Assembly: GCA_963664435.2 (NCBI GenBank)
Contig: CAXXKM010000002.1
Location: 256,001 to 320,000, forward strand
Length of the DNA stretch: 64,000 nucleotides
Origin: Longimicrobiales bacterium
GTDB lineage: Bacteria; Gemmatimonadota; Gemmatimonadetes; Longimicrobiales; Gaopeijiaceae
Direction: 5' to 3'
Positions 59,804 to 64,000 of the stretch are shown here, in pieces; position 1 is the stretch's first letter, and every line of letters starts with the position of its first letter. The notes below the pieces were generated by a model. That model was not told the DNA's origin and searched no databases. It saw nothing but the letters and a program-made list of their open reading frames with translations. The position numbers and the translations under genes are program-made.

Positions 59804-60616
59804 ATGAACACCGGAAAACCACCGACAGCAGGCGATTCGTCCGCCGAGGAACTCCACACCGTGGGCGAGGTTGCGCATCTGGCCAAGGTCACCGTGCGCA
59901 CCCTCCACCACTACGACCGCATCGGGCTGCTGGTCCCGTCGCGACGGGCCAAGAACGGCTACCGGCTCTACGGCTACGCGGACCTGGAGCGACTCCGGCA
60001 AATCCTGCTCCTGCGCGAGTTGGGGTTCGGGCTCGACGGCATCGGGCAGATGCTGGACGCGGGGGCGTTCGACCAGCGCCGCGCGCTCGTCGCGCAGCGC
60101 GACCTGTTGCGCGAGCGGCAGCGGAGGACGGAAAGAATCATCGCGGGCGTGGAGGGCGCGCTCGAGGCGATGGAGGAGAAGAGACCGATGGCGAAAGCAA
60201 GGATGTTCGAGGGGTTGCAGGACTTCGACCACGAGCAGTACGAGGACGAGGCCCGCGAGCGCTGGGGCCGGACGGACGCCTACAAGGAGTCCATGCGGCG
60301 CACACGGCGCTATTCGAAGGACGACTGGACGCGCATCAAGGCCGAAGCGGAGGACGTGATGGCCCGCCTCTCCGCGCTCCTGGAGGAGGGAGCCCACGCC
60401 GCGAGCAGGGCGGCGCGGGAGCTCGCCGAGGAGCACCGGTGCCACATCGACCGCTGGTTCTACCCGTGCAGCCACGCCATGCACGCGGGCCTGGCCGACA
60501 TGTACACGGCGGATCCGCGATTCATGGAGCACTTCGAGAAGCGCGGAGAAGGGCTGGCGGCGTTCTTCCGGGAGGCGATCCTGGCGAATTCGGCGCGACG
60601 GAGAAACGCCCCGTAA
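59804..60616 (+). CDS. MerR family regulator with TipAS antibiotic-recognition domain (TipA/Mta-like)
   Basis: VGEVAHLAKVTVRTLHHYDRIGLL, GYRLY, YEDEARERWG..DAY and GLADMYTADPRF motifs. Confidence 0.93.
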   Translation: MNTGKPPTAGDSSAEELHTVGEVAHLAKVTVRTLHHYDRIGLLVPSRRAKNGYRLYGYADLERLRQILLLRELGFGLDGIGQMLDAGAFDQRRALVAQRDLLRERQRRTERIIAGVEGALEAMEEKRPMAKARMFEGLQDFDHEQYEDEARERWGRTDAYKESMRRTRRYSKDDWTRIKAEAEDVMARLSALLEEGAHAASRAARELAEEHRCHIDRWFYPCSHAMHAGLADMYTADPRFMEHFEKRGEGLAAFFREAILANSARRRNAP

Positions 60617-60676
60617 GCCACGGTACATGGCGGCAGCCGGACGCGGGCGCGGAGCCGCGGATAATCTCCGACTGCG

Positions 60677-64000
<3,324 letters not shown>

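Overview
GC-rich bacterial chromosomal window. Gene content suggests Gemmatimonadota, possibly a Longimicrobiales-type host-associated lineage (inference only). 1-29.1 kb is mostly housekeeping and transport: cstA/ArsA/CC* cluster, nadA-nadC plus a Cys-rich-domain/Dph6-like fusion, vapBC, a kinase-M23-aminotransferase fusion, an ABC-type ATPase/DUF4276 pair, lactate permease, a cobalamin-riboswitch btuB operon, S9 peptidase and an SSS symporter. About 29.84-59.79 kb is a ~30 kb tyrosine-integrase island. Its direct-repeat ends (CCCCTTGAyCCTGACGTAACGTCA) are the -35/operator of the downstream MerR/TipA gene. A third partial copy of this core (29138) and a duplicated ~122 bp island end (53346/59635) point to repeated tandem integration. 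Cargo includes an IS1380-split Ig/LRR/metalloprotease lipoprotein gene, LuxR-type regulators with a shared perfect 16-bp palindrome, a P450, an orphan type I-E CRISPR fragment (2 spacers, no cas genes), a sacsin-like GHKL/DUF3883 protein, a ParB-HEPN-like protein and a coupled ParB-like / PD-(D/E)xK-like / amino-methyltransferase operon that is a candidate undescribed defence system. The window ends with tipA-like, gyrB and a partial PHP-like gene. All family calls are from motif recognition without database searches.
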